Positions 1 through 11,061 of a DNA stretch of 64,000 nucleotides are shown piece by piece. Position numbers and translations under genes: made by a program. The first letter of the stretch is position 1. Each line of letters begins with the position of its first letter. The stretch lies in the NCBI GenBank assembly GCA_963735035.1, contig CAVTJJ010000004.1:864001-928000 (forward strand). Direction: 5' to 3'. The notes beneath the pieces were generated by a model, which was not told the DNA's origin, searched no databases, and saw nothing but the letters and a program-made list of their open reading frames with translations. The stretch is from an uncultured candidate division Zixibacteria bacterium. Lineage in GTDB: Bacteria > Zixibacteria > MSB-5A5 > GN15 > FEB-12.

Positions 1-1747
<1,747 letters not shown>

Positions 1748-2062
1748 TCTGGTCGCCTTCTGACACCTATAACAACCTTATAGGATAACTGTTTTTGGCT
1801 CAAATGGCAAGCAAAAACAAGCATGTATCATTATGTCTTTCAATTAGTTGCGGAGGTTGGGCGACTTGTTTTTTTGATCCTAGTCAGAGTTCTCAAAACA
1901 CGTCCGAATCAGAGGTCGAGAGATCAGCTTTCGGGGCTTCCCAGGGGAAGGCCGAGTCTGCTAGCATGGGAAATTTGCGACGAAAAGTTTTGCAAATTCC
2001 GGCCCGGATCAACGTCTTTGGTTGCAATGGCACTGGGAAAACATCTCAACAAAGGTAAGAAT

Positions 2063-3328
2063 ATGCTGAAACGAATCATGCTGGCCGCTTCTCTGTCTTT
2101 GATAGTAGTGGCATCTGTGGCTGCGCAGGCCAATAACATTGTCGATACAACCTTCGCAGTCAGTAAAGTCAACGATCATCTTTTCGTGGTGACAGGTCGT
2201 GTCGGCCTGTCTGTTAATTTTGTCGTGTCGGCCGGAGCCGACGGAGTCCTGCTGGTCGACGCCGGTAGTTCAGAAACGGCCGGAAAGTTGAGCCGCTTCC
2301 TGGATTCGCTGACCGACGTGCCAATCAAGTATGTGATTACGACTCATCCCCACGATGACCACTATGCGGGTAATCAGAACTTCGGGCCGGATGTACGCAT
2401 CATGGCCGACAGCAACGCCGCCGCGAGAATGAGCGGCAAATATTGTTCGCTGCCGCCGTTGCCGGGCACTCGGGGTGTGGACATAGCCCTGTCGAAAGAC
2501 ACCTCGATATTCTTCAATGGCGAAGAAATACGATTGATTCATGTGCCGACGACCCACACCGACGGTGATCTGATGGTCTTCTTCTCCAAGTCCAAAGTGC
2601 TTTGCGCGGGTGATCTGGTCTTTGCAGACATTATCCCGTTCGTTGACCTGGCCTCGGGCGGCAATGTTCAGAATTACGTAGCCAACACCAAACACCTCAT
2701 GGATACGCTGCCAGCGGACGTCAAGATCGTACCCGGCCACGGGCGAATCTACAGCCGGGAAGACTTGAAAGCGGTCTACGAAATGATGACTTATACTACC
2801 GGGGCAGTGAACGAGGCAAGAAGTCAGAATCGGACGGCGGAGCAGGTCCTTCAAGATCCCGGATTGAGTCGCTGGGCGGCCTGGGATGGCTCTCAGCGAA
2901 TCACCCAGATGAGCTACTGGATTCCATGTATCTTCCGCAGCCTTGAAGGTGCTGGACCCGCGTCCAAACCATCGATCTGTGCGCCGTTGACAGAGGCCAT
3001 AGTTCACGGTGGGATCGACTCGGCCCTGGCGCTGTATAGTAGATTGAAGAAAGCTCAACCGAATGGATACGATTTCGAAGAGGATCAACTGAACATTCTT
3101 GGCTATGAATTGCTGAACCGGAAGATGATGCCTGAGGCGAAGGCCATTTTCAATCTCAACTGTACAGAGCATCCTGAGTCAGGCAATGCTTTCGACAGCA
3201 TGGGTGAGTTCTACATGAATACCGGCGAGCGCGATCTGGCGATTCAGTTCTATCAGAAGTCGCTTGAGAAGAATCCTGAAAACACCAACGCGGTAGCAAT
3301 GCTTAAGCGACTAATGAGCGGCCAGTAA
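2063..3328 (+). CDS. Secreted metallo-beta-lactamase-fold hydrolase with C-terminal TPR domain
   Basis: Signal peptide MLKRIMLAASLSLIVVASVAA after RBS AAAGGT; THPHDDH, HTDGD, AGDL and VPGHG metal motifs; C-terminal LNILGYELL...NAFDSMGEFY...YQKSLEKNPEN TPR. Confidence 0.88.
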   Translation: MLKRIMLAASLSLIVVASVAAQANNIVDTTFAVSKVNDHLFVVTGRVGLSVNFVVSAGADGVLLVDAGSSETAGKLSRFLDSLTDVPIKYVITTHPHDDHYAGNQNFGPDVRIMADSNAAARMSGKYCSLPPLPGTRGVDIALSKDTSIFFNGEEIRLIHVPTTHTDGDLMVFFSKSKVLCAGDLVFADIIPFVDLASGGNVQNYVANTKHLMDTLPADVKIVPGHGRIYSREDLKAVYEMMTYTTGAVNEARSQNRTAEQVLQDPGLSRWAAWDGSQRITQMSYWIPCIFRSLEGAGPASKPSICAPLTEAIVHGGIDSALALYSRLKKAQPNGYDFEEDQLNILGYELLNRKMMPEAKAIFNLNCTEHPESGNAFDSMGEFYMNTGERDLAIQFYQKSLEKNPENTNAVAMLKRLMSGQ

Positions 3329-3335
3329 GTTCGGT

Positions 3336-3785
3336 CTAAGCAAAGGTGCGGTACTTAGCCGATTTCAAACGCGTCCGGTGGGGATGTTTCACCGACGGCA
3401 CGCAGAAGTCCGGGCCTTCGTGACGTCTCATTCGGACGGTCAGGTCCTGGCAGCCGCGACAGCGCCGGATACTTCCGAGTGCTTCAGCCTTGATCCGTCG
3501 CTTCTTTTCGTGGGTTGGAGCATAAACCGGATGCTTGACGATTTCGTAACCTTTAGAAGGGTCGTGGTCGTCGAGGAATCGTACCCCGGCTTCGATCTCG
3601 TTAGTGCCGTCCTTGTAGATCGTCGCGCCGGGACATTCAATGATAACATGATCATCGGTGGAAGATGTCTCGATGAAAATTTCGGACGCAGTCAGGAGTT
3701 CTGAATTACAGTCCAGGCAGACCAGGGTACCGTTTCTCTGAATCAGAGGGCGTCCGCAATTGATGCAGGTCGAGGTCGAGTTCAC
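3336..3785 (-). CDS. Hypothetical Cys-rich (zinc-ribbon-like) protein
   Basis: CINCG...VCLDC near the N-terminus and RCRGCQ near the C-terminus; start uncertain (GTG 3785 after AGGTG; ORF open to 3827). Confidence 0.6.
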   Translation of the reverse strand: MNSTSTCINCGRPLIQRNGTLVCLDCNSELLTASEIFIETSSTDDHVIIECPGATIYKDGTNEIEAGVRFLDDHDPSKGYEIVKHPVYAPTHEKKRRIKAEALGSIRRCRGCQDLTVRMRRHEGPDFCVPSVKHPHRTRLKSAKYRTFA

Positions 3786-3904
3786 TTTTGCACCTGTTTC
3801 TCGAAGTTTCATGAGAGATAGATGCAAGCGGACTGCCGACCGGGGTAGTTGACTCTAAGTGAATGTTGGCGTGTCTGTTGAGGGTCCCATTGTCACTTTG
3901 CAGA

Positions 3905-3939
3905 ATAAGAAAAGCGGCCCGCCTCTGGGGCGGACCGCT
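3905..3939 (-). terminator. Intrinsic terminator downstream of the 4548-3999 gene pair
   Basis: Stem AGCGGcCCGCC/GGCGGaCCGCT with a T-rich tail on the minus strand. Confidence 0.65.
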
Positions 3940-3998
3940 ATACGCTGTAGGTAGCGTCCAACATCCGCGGAAATGCCAAGCCGCGGCAGGTTATCTAG

Positions 3999-4328
3999 TT
4001 ATCCTTTGAATAATAGCACCAATGAGCACAGGGTGACCGTCACCGGCAGCGCCACGCCGAAACTGACCGGCAATATGAGCGACGCCAGGAAAGCGAGCAC
4101 CAACGCTGGCACCACCAGGTATTTGATCGCCGCGATAGTCATCATCACCAGACGAGACACGACAAACACGATCAGCACGCCCAGCGTGATGTAGGCTGCG
4201 ATCAAGCCGGTCTGGCCGAAGTTGTCGAGGATGTATTGCCTTGCGGCAACAATCAACCCCGAGTAATCGCCTGCTTTGGCGATGGCTTCTTCAGCCAGAA
4301 TCTTCGCTTTTGTCAAAAGCTCAAACAT
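3999..4328 (-). CDS. Small integral membrane protein
   Basis: Three hydrophobic segments; start overlaps the stop of the upstream 75-aa ORF. Confidence 0.75.
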   Translation of the reverse strand: MFELLTKAKILAEEAIAKAGDYSGLIVAARQYILDNFGQTGLIAAYITLGVLIVFVVSRLVMMTIAAIKYLVVPALVLAFLASLILPVSFGVALPVTVTLCSLVLLFKG

Positions 4329-4548
4329 CGGCCGCTTCTTCCAAAGGTTCAATGGTCAACGATGATTCGCCCACTCGACTCAGTCCCACCATTCGGTGGG
4401 TCAGGAAATTCTGAGTGGTAATCCACTTGTGGGACACGTCCATGATCTCATCCTGATCGACGTCGCTGATCCAGTCGAGAATGATATGATCGATGTTCTC
4501 TTCGTTCACGACGACGTCGTCCATGGTCAACACAAACTTTACTTTCAT
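4321..4548 (-). CDS. Small acidic hypothetical protein (75 aa)
   Basis: Clean ORF with protein-like composition, translationally coupled to the next gene. Confidence 0.7.
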   Translation of the reverse strand: MKVKFVLTMDDVVVNEENIDHIILDWISDVDQDEIMDVSHKWITTQNFLTHRMVGLSRVGESSLTIEPLEEAADV

Positions 4549-4754
4549 AACATACCGTTCCGGCTTTGTGTTTCTGTTCCGTTCCGGTACTGTGCAATGG
4601 GGATGCCACCCGCTGGAGATATCGCGCGGGGGTGCTTAAGCTGCTTCTGGTCAACGGGTTAGGGTGGGACGAACGGGATCGTCGGGCCACCCCTCAGCGG
4701 TGTCGAGCATGGGGCTGTCCGCCAGGTATGGGGGGAAGGCCATAGAGTGGGGAG

Positions 4755-4788
4755 TAACAATAAGACGGGCGGCCGGTTAGGCCGCCCG
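4755..4788 (-). terminator. Intrinsic terminator closing the putative ncRNA
   Basis: 9-bp GC stem CGGGCGGCC/GGCCGCCCG (4766-4774/4780-4788) followed by TCTTATTGTT on the minus strand. Confidence 0.75.
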
Positions 4789-5171
4789 CTGGAAATCGAC
4801 TGCAGTAGTCAACCGAGAACTGGTAGACTCGGTTGCCCCAAGACAGGGGCCGGTTTCAGTCGCCGGTTGAAAGAACTACGACTCAGTGTCGTCGGTCAAT
4901 CAAAGCGACAAGGCTACCGGAAGGCCATGGCAGACGCGGAGGGGAACCTCGGCGCTGCTCCAAGTCCCTTTGGACTACCAAAATCCCGCTATCCCTCGCG
5001 GCAGTGACGGAGAACCGTCCGACGACCGAGAGATAACCTCACTCCATAAGCATTCCTCCATCCTTGAGATGTGCTCTACTAGCGGTGAGGTTACGAGACG
5101 GGGATTGCAGTGACTCTAGCGCCGGACCCGACGTTATTGGGCAGCCGGGAGACGGCATCGTCTGATCTCGT
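4760..5171 (-). ncRNA. Putative large structured non-coding RNA, family unidentified (~410 nt)
   Basis: Bounded by a TTGACA-N17-TATGAT promoter and a terminator; no minus-strand ORF of 60 aa or more; many nested complementary segments (see findings). Confidence 0.6.
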
Positions 5172-5177
5172 GCTTAT

Positions 5178-5206
5178 ATCATAGTTATGAAGGCCGTTGT
5201 TGTCAA
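5178..5206 (-). promoter_or_regulatory. sigma70-type promoter of the putative ncRNA
   Basis: Minus strand TTGACA(5206-5201)-17 nt-TATGAT(5183-5178). Confidence 0.8.
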
Positions 5207-5262
5207 GGGATTTGTGGTTATGAGGCGGGGGTGCCACACAGTAGCTCCGGTGGATCAGTCTT

Positions 5263-5417
5263 GTAGGTCAGGAGCCCTGAGGCTCCTGACGAAATGTTAG
5301 TTCAAATATACAAGTGTCAGGAGGCTAAGGCCTCCTGACCTACTAGACTCAAGGGGCAGACGAGGACGTCTGCCGCCCACTCAAAATTGGCGGGTTCGAA
5401 GACGGACCCACCCTACG
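5263..5417. repeat. Cluster of REP-like palindromes (GTAG-type, BIME-like)
   Basis: GTAGGTCAGGAGCCCTGAGGCTCCTGAC (5263-5290), inverted copy 5316-5343, GGCAGACGAGGACGTCTGCC, GGCGGGTTCGAAGACGGACCCACCCTACG (5389-5417); the same families recur at 59552-59780. Confidence 0.8.
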
Positions 5418-5421
5418 GGCC

Positions 5422-5450
5422 TTGACATTCGCGGCACATACGACTAAATT
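5422..5450 (+). promoter_or_regulatory. sigma70-type promoter
   Basis: TTGACA-N17-TAAATT, 30 nt upstream of ORF 5480. Confidence 0.6.
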
Positions 5451-5479
5451 TTGACAAACATATCAGTCAGGCGGGCATT

Positions 5480-6109
5480 ATGATCATCAGGATAACCGTA
5501 AGCATAGTCGTGGCGCTGGTTTTCGCCGCGTCTTCATGGGCACAAGGGGTTATGCTCAATTTCAACGAAGATGGTTCGTACGTCGAAGCGGGGTATCTCT
5601 CCAACCGGTTCGGAGCCGGGGGCGGTGCCGGTCTGGGCTTTACCCGGGGAGCCCTGGATCTCGGAATAGAATGTGGTTTTATGGGGGGCGATTATGTGAG
5701 TTCCACAAGCATAGCGCAGGAAGCTGCATTTGATTTCACCCGTCTCTCCAAGTTCGAAAGTCCCGTGAGCTTTCAGCTCCGCGAAGCGGTGGGCTTGAGT
5801 ACAAACAGTAACATCACCCTGGCCCTGGGACCCGCCCTGTATCTGAGAGCCGTCGATCCTCTCGGAGCAACTTGTGTGGTCGGTGGTGGTGTGTCCGTCT
5901 TGCAGGGATTGTCCGGCGGGTCCACTCGGGAGGCGGTGTTTGTTTCTGACATGAGTCTTGCACTGGGATATCGTACAGGGGGAACTTGTGTCAGTGTGGT
6001 AGGTTCGGCGTCGTTTGGCGACTACCTTACGACGTATTCTCTTGGTCTGAATTTCAATTTCATCGGCAAGGAGGCTCGGTTCGGGAGGGTGTACGAGACG
6101 TGGGAGTAG
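5480..6109 (+). CDS. Secreted protein, probable small outer-membrane beta-barrel
   Basis: Signal peptide ending SWA; Gly/aromatic alternating strands, TYSLGLNFNF near the end. Confidence 0.65.
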   Translation: MIIRITVSIVVALVFAASSWAQGVMLNFNEDGSYVEAGYLSNRFGAGGGAGLGFTRGALDLGIECGFMGGDYVSSTSIAQEAAFDFTRLSKFESPVSFQLREAVGLSTNSNITLALGPALYLRAVDPLGATCVVGGGVSVLQGLSGGSTREAVFVSDMSLALGYRTGGTCVSVVGSASFGDYLTTYSLGLNFNFIGKEARFGRVYETWE

Positions 6110-6261
6110 GGCAATGGAGCGGGGCGCTGAGGATGGGTGCGGGAATGACGATGGACGGGCCCTATTGCCGAATCTAATCCCACCGCAAGCGGTGGGGCGC
6201 CCGAGCTTGTAGGACCGTCAGAGACTACAATGATGGTCAATGTAGGGAAGAGAGGATTGAA

Positions 6262-6768
6262 ATGAGGCCACATTCGGACCCCAATGCACGTATCATGATG
6301 GCTGGATTGGGTTTCTTGTTGATGGCACTTGTGGTTGCACACCTGTCGTGCGCCACTGGACGTAGGATCGGAGAGCACGACAAGACCGTTGAAGGAGAGT
6401 TCACTGTACTCTGGGTAGACAGTACTATGCTGAACTATAACCTCGTCATTATGTGTTTGAGTGACAAGGGACCGTTCGCTGTAGTTTCGGCCAAGGACAG
6501 CACAGGTACACCCCAGATTCTCAGCGATTCATCAAAGCTTAGAGAGGGAATGAGGTGCCATTTGCAGATTCGCCTATGGGAGGTTATGGATCAGCCAATT
6601 ATCGAACCCATTCTTCGCGTTGCTAATTTGACAGAGGTCAACTTATATGGGGCATGTAGGGCAGGGACCGATTCACTCGCATTTCTCTGGTTAGGCCATT
6701 CGGTCAAGACTCGGCTATACCGCAGTGATGACATTGCTGGCCTGTATGTGCGGGCGCATGCCCGGTAG
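6262..6768 (+). CDS. Hypothetical lipoprotein
   Basis: RBS GAGG; hydrophobic segment ending VAHLSC (lipobox-like). Confidence 0.55.
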   Translation: MRPHSDPNARIMMAGLGFLLMALVVAHLSCATGRRIGEHDKTVEGEFTVLWVDSTMLNYNLVIMCLSDKGPFAVVSAKDSTGTPQILSDSSKLREGMRCHLQIRLWEVMDQPIIEPILRVANLTEVNLYGACRAGTDSLAFLWLGHSVKTRLYRSDDIAGLYVRAHAR

Positions 6769-6944
6769 TTACATGGGGTAGAAGGGAACTTGTAGCCCAC
6801 AGCTGTGGGTTGTTAGACAGAGGTGCGCACTCCCATGTGTTACCTATGTGCTTGGACTATTGTGTTACCCATTTGCCCGGTTCTTGTTCGGCAGGGTTGG
6901 AACCCTGCCGATCAGGTTTGTGGGGCACCCGAGCGGATCCTGAC

Positions 6945-8492
6945 CTACTCCAACATCCTGAATACTTCCGGGAGGAAATCAATTATGTCGCCGGCGATCA
7001 TAGCGCGAGGAGTTAGAGCGTCAGCGGCCAGGTCGCCCGCTAGACCGTGGATGAACACACCGGCCGCGGCGGCTTCGTAAGGATCGTCACACTGCGCCAG
7101 CAGCGTCCCGATAACGCCCGACAACACGTCGCCCGATCCACCGGTCGCCATGCCGTGATTGCCGGTCGGATTGAGACAACAGCGACCGTCGGGTGACGCC
7201 GTCAGCGTGGGCGAACCCTTCAAGACTACAACTACGTTATTATCAGCCGCGAATTTCATGGCAACTTCGGCGCGTGCTTCAATGTCCTGCTCCGAAGGCG
7301 GTGTGACTCCAGATAGTCGAGCGAACTCGCCCGGATGAGGCGTGAGCACCAGCTTGGCTTTACAATCGCGCAGAATCTCAGAGTGACCTTCAAAGGCGTT
7401 CAATCCGTCAGCATCGATTAGGGTTGGTTTGTCAAGCTGACTCACCAGGCGATGCATCAGTTCCTGAGTCTCATGATGTCGCCCGATGCCCGGGCCCAGA
7501 ATCACAGAATCGTGTTCGCTGAACAGTTGTCTTATTTCTCCAAGCCCACGCAGGGCAAAGACGCCCTTGTTGCGGACATCTGGTATGGGACGGGTCATGA
7601 CTTCGGTAAGCTTGGTCGCCAGCACCGGCTGGGTTGATTTCGGGCAGGCCAGTTTAGCGAGGCCGCATCCGGCGCGAAGACTTGCCAGCGAAGCCAGCGC
7701 CGCGGCTCCGGTCATGCCGGTCGAACCGGCAACTGTCAGCACGCGGCCGAAATCACCTTTATGGCCGTCCGGTTTGCGCGGCGGAAGGATCTCCTCCACC
7801 CACTCGTATGTCGCTAAATCAATCTTCAGATTGAAACTATCGATCACATCATCCGGAATCCCGATTGGAACAACTTCGACCTCGCCGCTCGCTTCACGTC
7901 CCGGTGAAAGGAAGAGACCGAACTTGGGCAGTGCCAGCGTGTAGGTATAGTCGGCCTCGACTACCGCGCCCTCGCATGCACCGGTGTCGGCGTTCAATCC
8001 GGATGGCAGGTCGACCGCTACGATGATCGACTCAAGTTCGTTGATGTACTCAATCATGTCGGCCGCGACACCGTGTGGCTCACCGGAGAATCCGGTGCCG
8101 AATATGGCATCGATAGCGATGTCGCACTCAAGTGATGCGGGGAGATCATCGGATGACTTGACTTCATGAATCTTCAGATTCAATTCGACCGCGCGCTCGT
8201 AATTGCGTCGAGCATCCTGCGACAACTCTTCCGGCGGGCCGATGAAGTATATCTGAACGTCGGCGCCGGCCTGACTTAGTTGACGCGCGATGACAAACCC
8301 ATCACCACCGTTATTCCCCTTACCGCAGAAGACGGCCACTTTTGATTGCGCAGGGTTAGGAACGAGATCGCACAACAGGCGTTGAAAGATGCCGCCGCCC
8401 GCGCTCTCCATCAGCTTGTCAGAAGGGATGCCGCGCCGGTCAATCGTCTCGCGATCGATCAGGCGCATGATGGCCGACGTTACCAGTTTCAC
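6945..8492 (-). CDS. nnr: Bifunctional NAD(P)H-hydrate epimerase/dehydratase
   Basis: YjeF_N motifs CGKGNNGGDG, DAIFGTG, VDLPSG; kinase-like domain HKGDFGRV, DADGL, LTPHPGEF, MATGGSGDVLSG. Confidence 0.96.
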   Translation of the reverse strand: MKLVTSAIMRLIDRETIDRRGIPSDKLMESAGGGIFQRLLCDLVPNPAQSKVAVFCGKGNNGGDGFVIARQLSQAGADVQIYFIGPPEELSQDARRNYERAVELNLKIHEVKSSDDLPASLECDIAIDAIFGTGFSGEPHGVAADMIEYINELESIIVAVDLPSGLNADTGACEGAVVEADYTYTLALPKFGLFLSPGREASGEVEVVPIGIPDDVIDSFNLKIDLATYEWVEEILPPRKPDGHKGDFGRVLTVAGSTGMTGAAALASLASLRAGCGLAKLACPKSTQPVLATKLTEVMTRPIPDVRNKGVFALRGLGEIRQLFSEHDSVILGPGIGRHHETQELMHRLVSQLDKPTLIDADGLNAFEGHSEILRDCKAKLVLTPHPGEFARLSGVTPPSEQDIEARAEVAMKFAADNNVVVVLKGSPTLTASPDGRCCLNPTGNHGMATGGSGDVLSGVIGTLLAQCDDPYEAAAAGVFIHGLAGDLAADALTPRAMIAGDIIDFLPEVFRMLE

Positions 8493-8515
8493 CGCGCCGC
8501 TCCGGTTATGAGACT

Positions 8516-10909
8516 TTACGCTTTCGCTCGTTGCGCTTTGGTCTTCACAGGGGAAGGTTTCCGAGTTGATTTGTCTAGCGCAAAGTTAATCGCCGAAAGG
8601 ACGTTGGAAAAGAACTTTAGCTTCAGCTTATGGCGAATTTCGGGAGAAATCTCCACGATGTCTTTCCGGTTTTCTTCTGGAAGTATCACCGTTTCGACTC
8701 CGGCCCGGGCTGCTGTCAGCAGTTTCATTTTGAGGCCGCCTATTGGCAGTAATTCGCCCCTCAGTGTGATTTCGCCGGTCATCGCCAGGCTCGATTTCAC
8801 CGGGGTCTGGGTCAGAAGCGACGCCAGCGCAACCGCCATCGTGATACCGGCGGAGGGGCCGTCTTTCGGGATTGCACCCGACGGCACATGGATGTGAATT
8901 TCCCGGTTTTCGAGGGCCGCGTCACTGACGCCAAGTATCTCGGCGTTTGAACGGATAAACGACATGGCCGCCTGTGCGGACTCTTTCATGACATCGCCAA
9001 GATGACCGGTCAGCGTCAGGGTCTGTTTACCCGGCATCGATGTTGCCTCGACAAACAGAATATCGCCACCGACCGCGGTATAGGCAAGCGCCGGGACGAC
9101 ACCGATCTGTCCGGTGCGACTGAGCACTTCACGCGTGAACTTGCGGGGGCCAAGAAGTCTGGCGATGTCTTTCTCATCGACCGATTGCTTTCCCTTGGTG
9201 CCGGTCGCCACACGTCGGGCGACTTTGCGGGCCACCGCGGCAATAGAGCGTTCGAGATTGCGGAGCCCCGCCTCGCGGGTGTAGCCGTCGATAATTGACC
9301 TGATCGCGTCGTCATTTATTGTCAGCACCGACTTGCTCAAGCCGTGGTTGGCGAGCTGCTTCGGGATCAAATGCCGCCGCGCGATTTGAAGTTTCTCCAG
9401 GTCGGTATAGCCGGGAAGACTGATGAACTCCATCCGGTCTTGAAGGACTGGAGGAATCGGGTCGGCCCAGTTGGCCGTCGTGATAAACATCACTTGTGAC
9501 AGGTCAAACGGCACGTCGAGATAATGATCCGAAAACGTGTCGTTTTGTTCCGGGTCGAGAACTTCGAGCAGGGCCGAGGCCGGGTCGCCACGGAAATCGC
9601 TGCCGAGCTTGTCGATCTCATCGAGCATGATGATCGGGTTATTCGTGCCGCAGCGCTTGATCGACTGAATGATCCGTCCGGGCATCGAGCCTATATAAGT
9701 GCGACGGTGGCCGCGGATTTCAGCTTCATCACGCATTCCGCCGAGCGAGACGCGGGAGAACTGCCGGCCCATGGCGCGGGCAATCGACTGTCCGAGCGAG
9801 GTCTTGCCGACTCCGGGAGGGCCGAGGAAGCAGAGGATCGGGCCTTTGACGTCCGATTTCAACTTGCGCACGGCGAGATATTCGAGAATGCGATCCTTGA
9901 CTTCGACCAGGTTGTAATGGTCTTCGTCGAGCGTCTTCTTGGCTTTCTTGAGGTCGAGGCGATCTTCACTGGACTTATTCCAGGGGAGGTTCACGAGCCA
10001 GTCGAGATAGGTGCGCGAGACCGTATATTCCGCCGATGACGGCTGCATGTGCGAGATACGTTCGAGTTCTTTGCGGGCGGCCTTTTCGGCCATCTCCGGC
10101 ATTTCGGCGGCTTTGATCTTCTCTTCGAACTCACCCAGTTCGCCGGTATCGTCGGCGTCACCCAATTCCTTTTTGATCGCCTTGAGTTGCTCGCGCAGAA
10201 TGTAATGTCTTTGGGATTTTCCCAGTTCGCTGGCCGCCTGTGACTGAATTTTCTGCGACAGCTCAAGCACTTCGATTTCTTTGTTGATGATCTGAAAGAG
10301 AATCTGTGCGCGGCGGGGGACATCGAGTTCGGCCAGGATGCGCTGCCGCTGGTCCTGCGACATGTTCAGGTTCGAGGCAATGAAATCAGTTAACTTGGAC
10401 GGCGAGTCCTGATTGACCGCCGATACGTGGAATTCTTCGTTAAGGTACGGCGCCAGTTCGACCAGTTTCTTCAGCCGTTCGATGAGGCTGCGCTGCAGCG
10501 CTTCCATCTTGATTGGGTCGCTGATCCGTTCTTCGAGTTCTTCTATTTCGGCCATCAGGTGCGGCGTTTCGGAAGTGAATCGCTTGATGCGGATTCGGCT
10601 CAGCCCCTGAATCAGGAAACGGACTGTTCCGTCCGGGAAGCGAAGCATCTTGAGGATATTTCCGGCAGTTCCTATGTGATAGAGTCCGTCCGGGCCGGGG
10701 CGCTCCTCGTTCGGGTCGCGCTGGAGAAACATCGCCACGCGTGAGCCGCGCATTAGAGCCTCGTCAACCAGACGCGTCTGGTCCGGCTGCTGGATCATGA
10801 GCGGCACTACCAGGAACGGATAGACCACGGTTCCTCGAAGTGGCAGCACCGGAAGTACATCGGCGCCTATGTGTGGCACGTTTTCGATCTTGTCCATTAT
10901 ATCCGCCAA
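8516..10909 (-). CDS. lon: ATP-dependent protease La
   Basis: LPVLPLRGTVVYP N-domain, GPPGVGKTS Walker A, HRRTYIG, PKDGPSAG catalytic Ser, GGLKMK. Confidence 0.98.
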   Translation of the reverse strand: MADIMDKIENVPHIGADVLPVLPLRGTVVYPFLVVPLMIQQPDQTRLVDEALMRGSRVAMFLQRDPNEERPGPDGLYHIGTAGNILKMLRFPDGTVRFLIQGLSRIRIKRFTSETPHLMAEIEELEERISDPIKMEALQRSLIERLKKLVELAPYLNEEFHVSAVNQDSPSKLTDFIASNLNMSQDQRQRILAELDVPRRAQILFQIINKEIEVLELSQKIQSQAASELGKSQRHYILREQLKAIKKELGDADDTGELGEFEEKIKAAEMPEMAEKAARKELERISHMQPSSAEYTVSRTYLDWLVNLPWNKSSEDRLDLKKAKKTLDEDHYNLVEVKDRILEYLAVRKLKSDVKGPILCFLGPPGVGKTSLGQSIARAMGRQFSRVSLGGMRDEAEIRGHRRTYIGSMPGRIIQSIKRCGTNNPIIMLDEIDKLGSDFRGDPASALLEVLDPEQNDTFSDHYLDVPFDLSQVMFITTANWADPIPPVLQDRMEFISLPGYTDLEKLQIARRHLIPKQLANHGLSKSVLTINDDAIRSIIDGYTREAGLRNLERSIAAVARKVARRVATGTKGKQSVDEKDIARLLGPRKFTREVLSRTGQIGVVPALAYTAVGGDILFVEATSMPGKQTLTLTGHLGDVMKESAQAAMSFIRSNAEILGVSDAALENREIHIHVPSGAIPKDGPSAGITMAVALASLLTQTPVKSSLAMTGEITLRGELLPIGGLKMKLLTAARAGVETVILPEENRKDIVEISPEIRHKLKLKFFSNVLSAINFALDKSTRKPSPVKTKAQRAKA

Positions 10910-10949
10910 CTTTGCCTCATTTCACACAAGTGGAGTACAACAACTCTAG

Positions 10950-10976
10950 TTATCGGCGAGACTGCTCAATTTCTGA
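10950..10976 (-). promoter_or_regulatory. sigma28(FliA)-like promoter upstream of lon
   Basis: Minus strand TCAG-N15-GCCGATAA; the -10 element matches the sigma28 consensus exactly. Confidence 0.5.
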
Positions 10977-11061
10977 ACAGGTCGCACACCGCTCACACCG
11001 GCTCCGGGCAATCTCGGGTGTGGCGCTGTCATAACGGTTAACGAGACCGAAAGTTCCACGT

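Noticed and set aside
4747..5113. Plus-strand ORFs (86, 67 and 75 aa) over the structured region
   Set aside because: No RBS or protein-like features; promoter and terminator point to a minus-strand transcript
4760..5171. Assignment of the structured region as tmRNA, RNase P or SRP RNA
   Set aside because: No tRNA-like ends or GTTCRA T-loop with CCA, no GAGGAAAGTCC, no CAGG..GGAAGGAAGCAG motif on either strand
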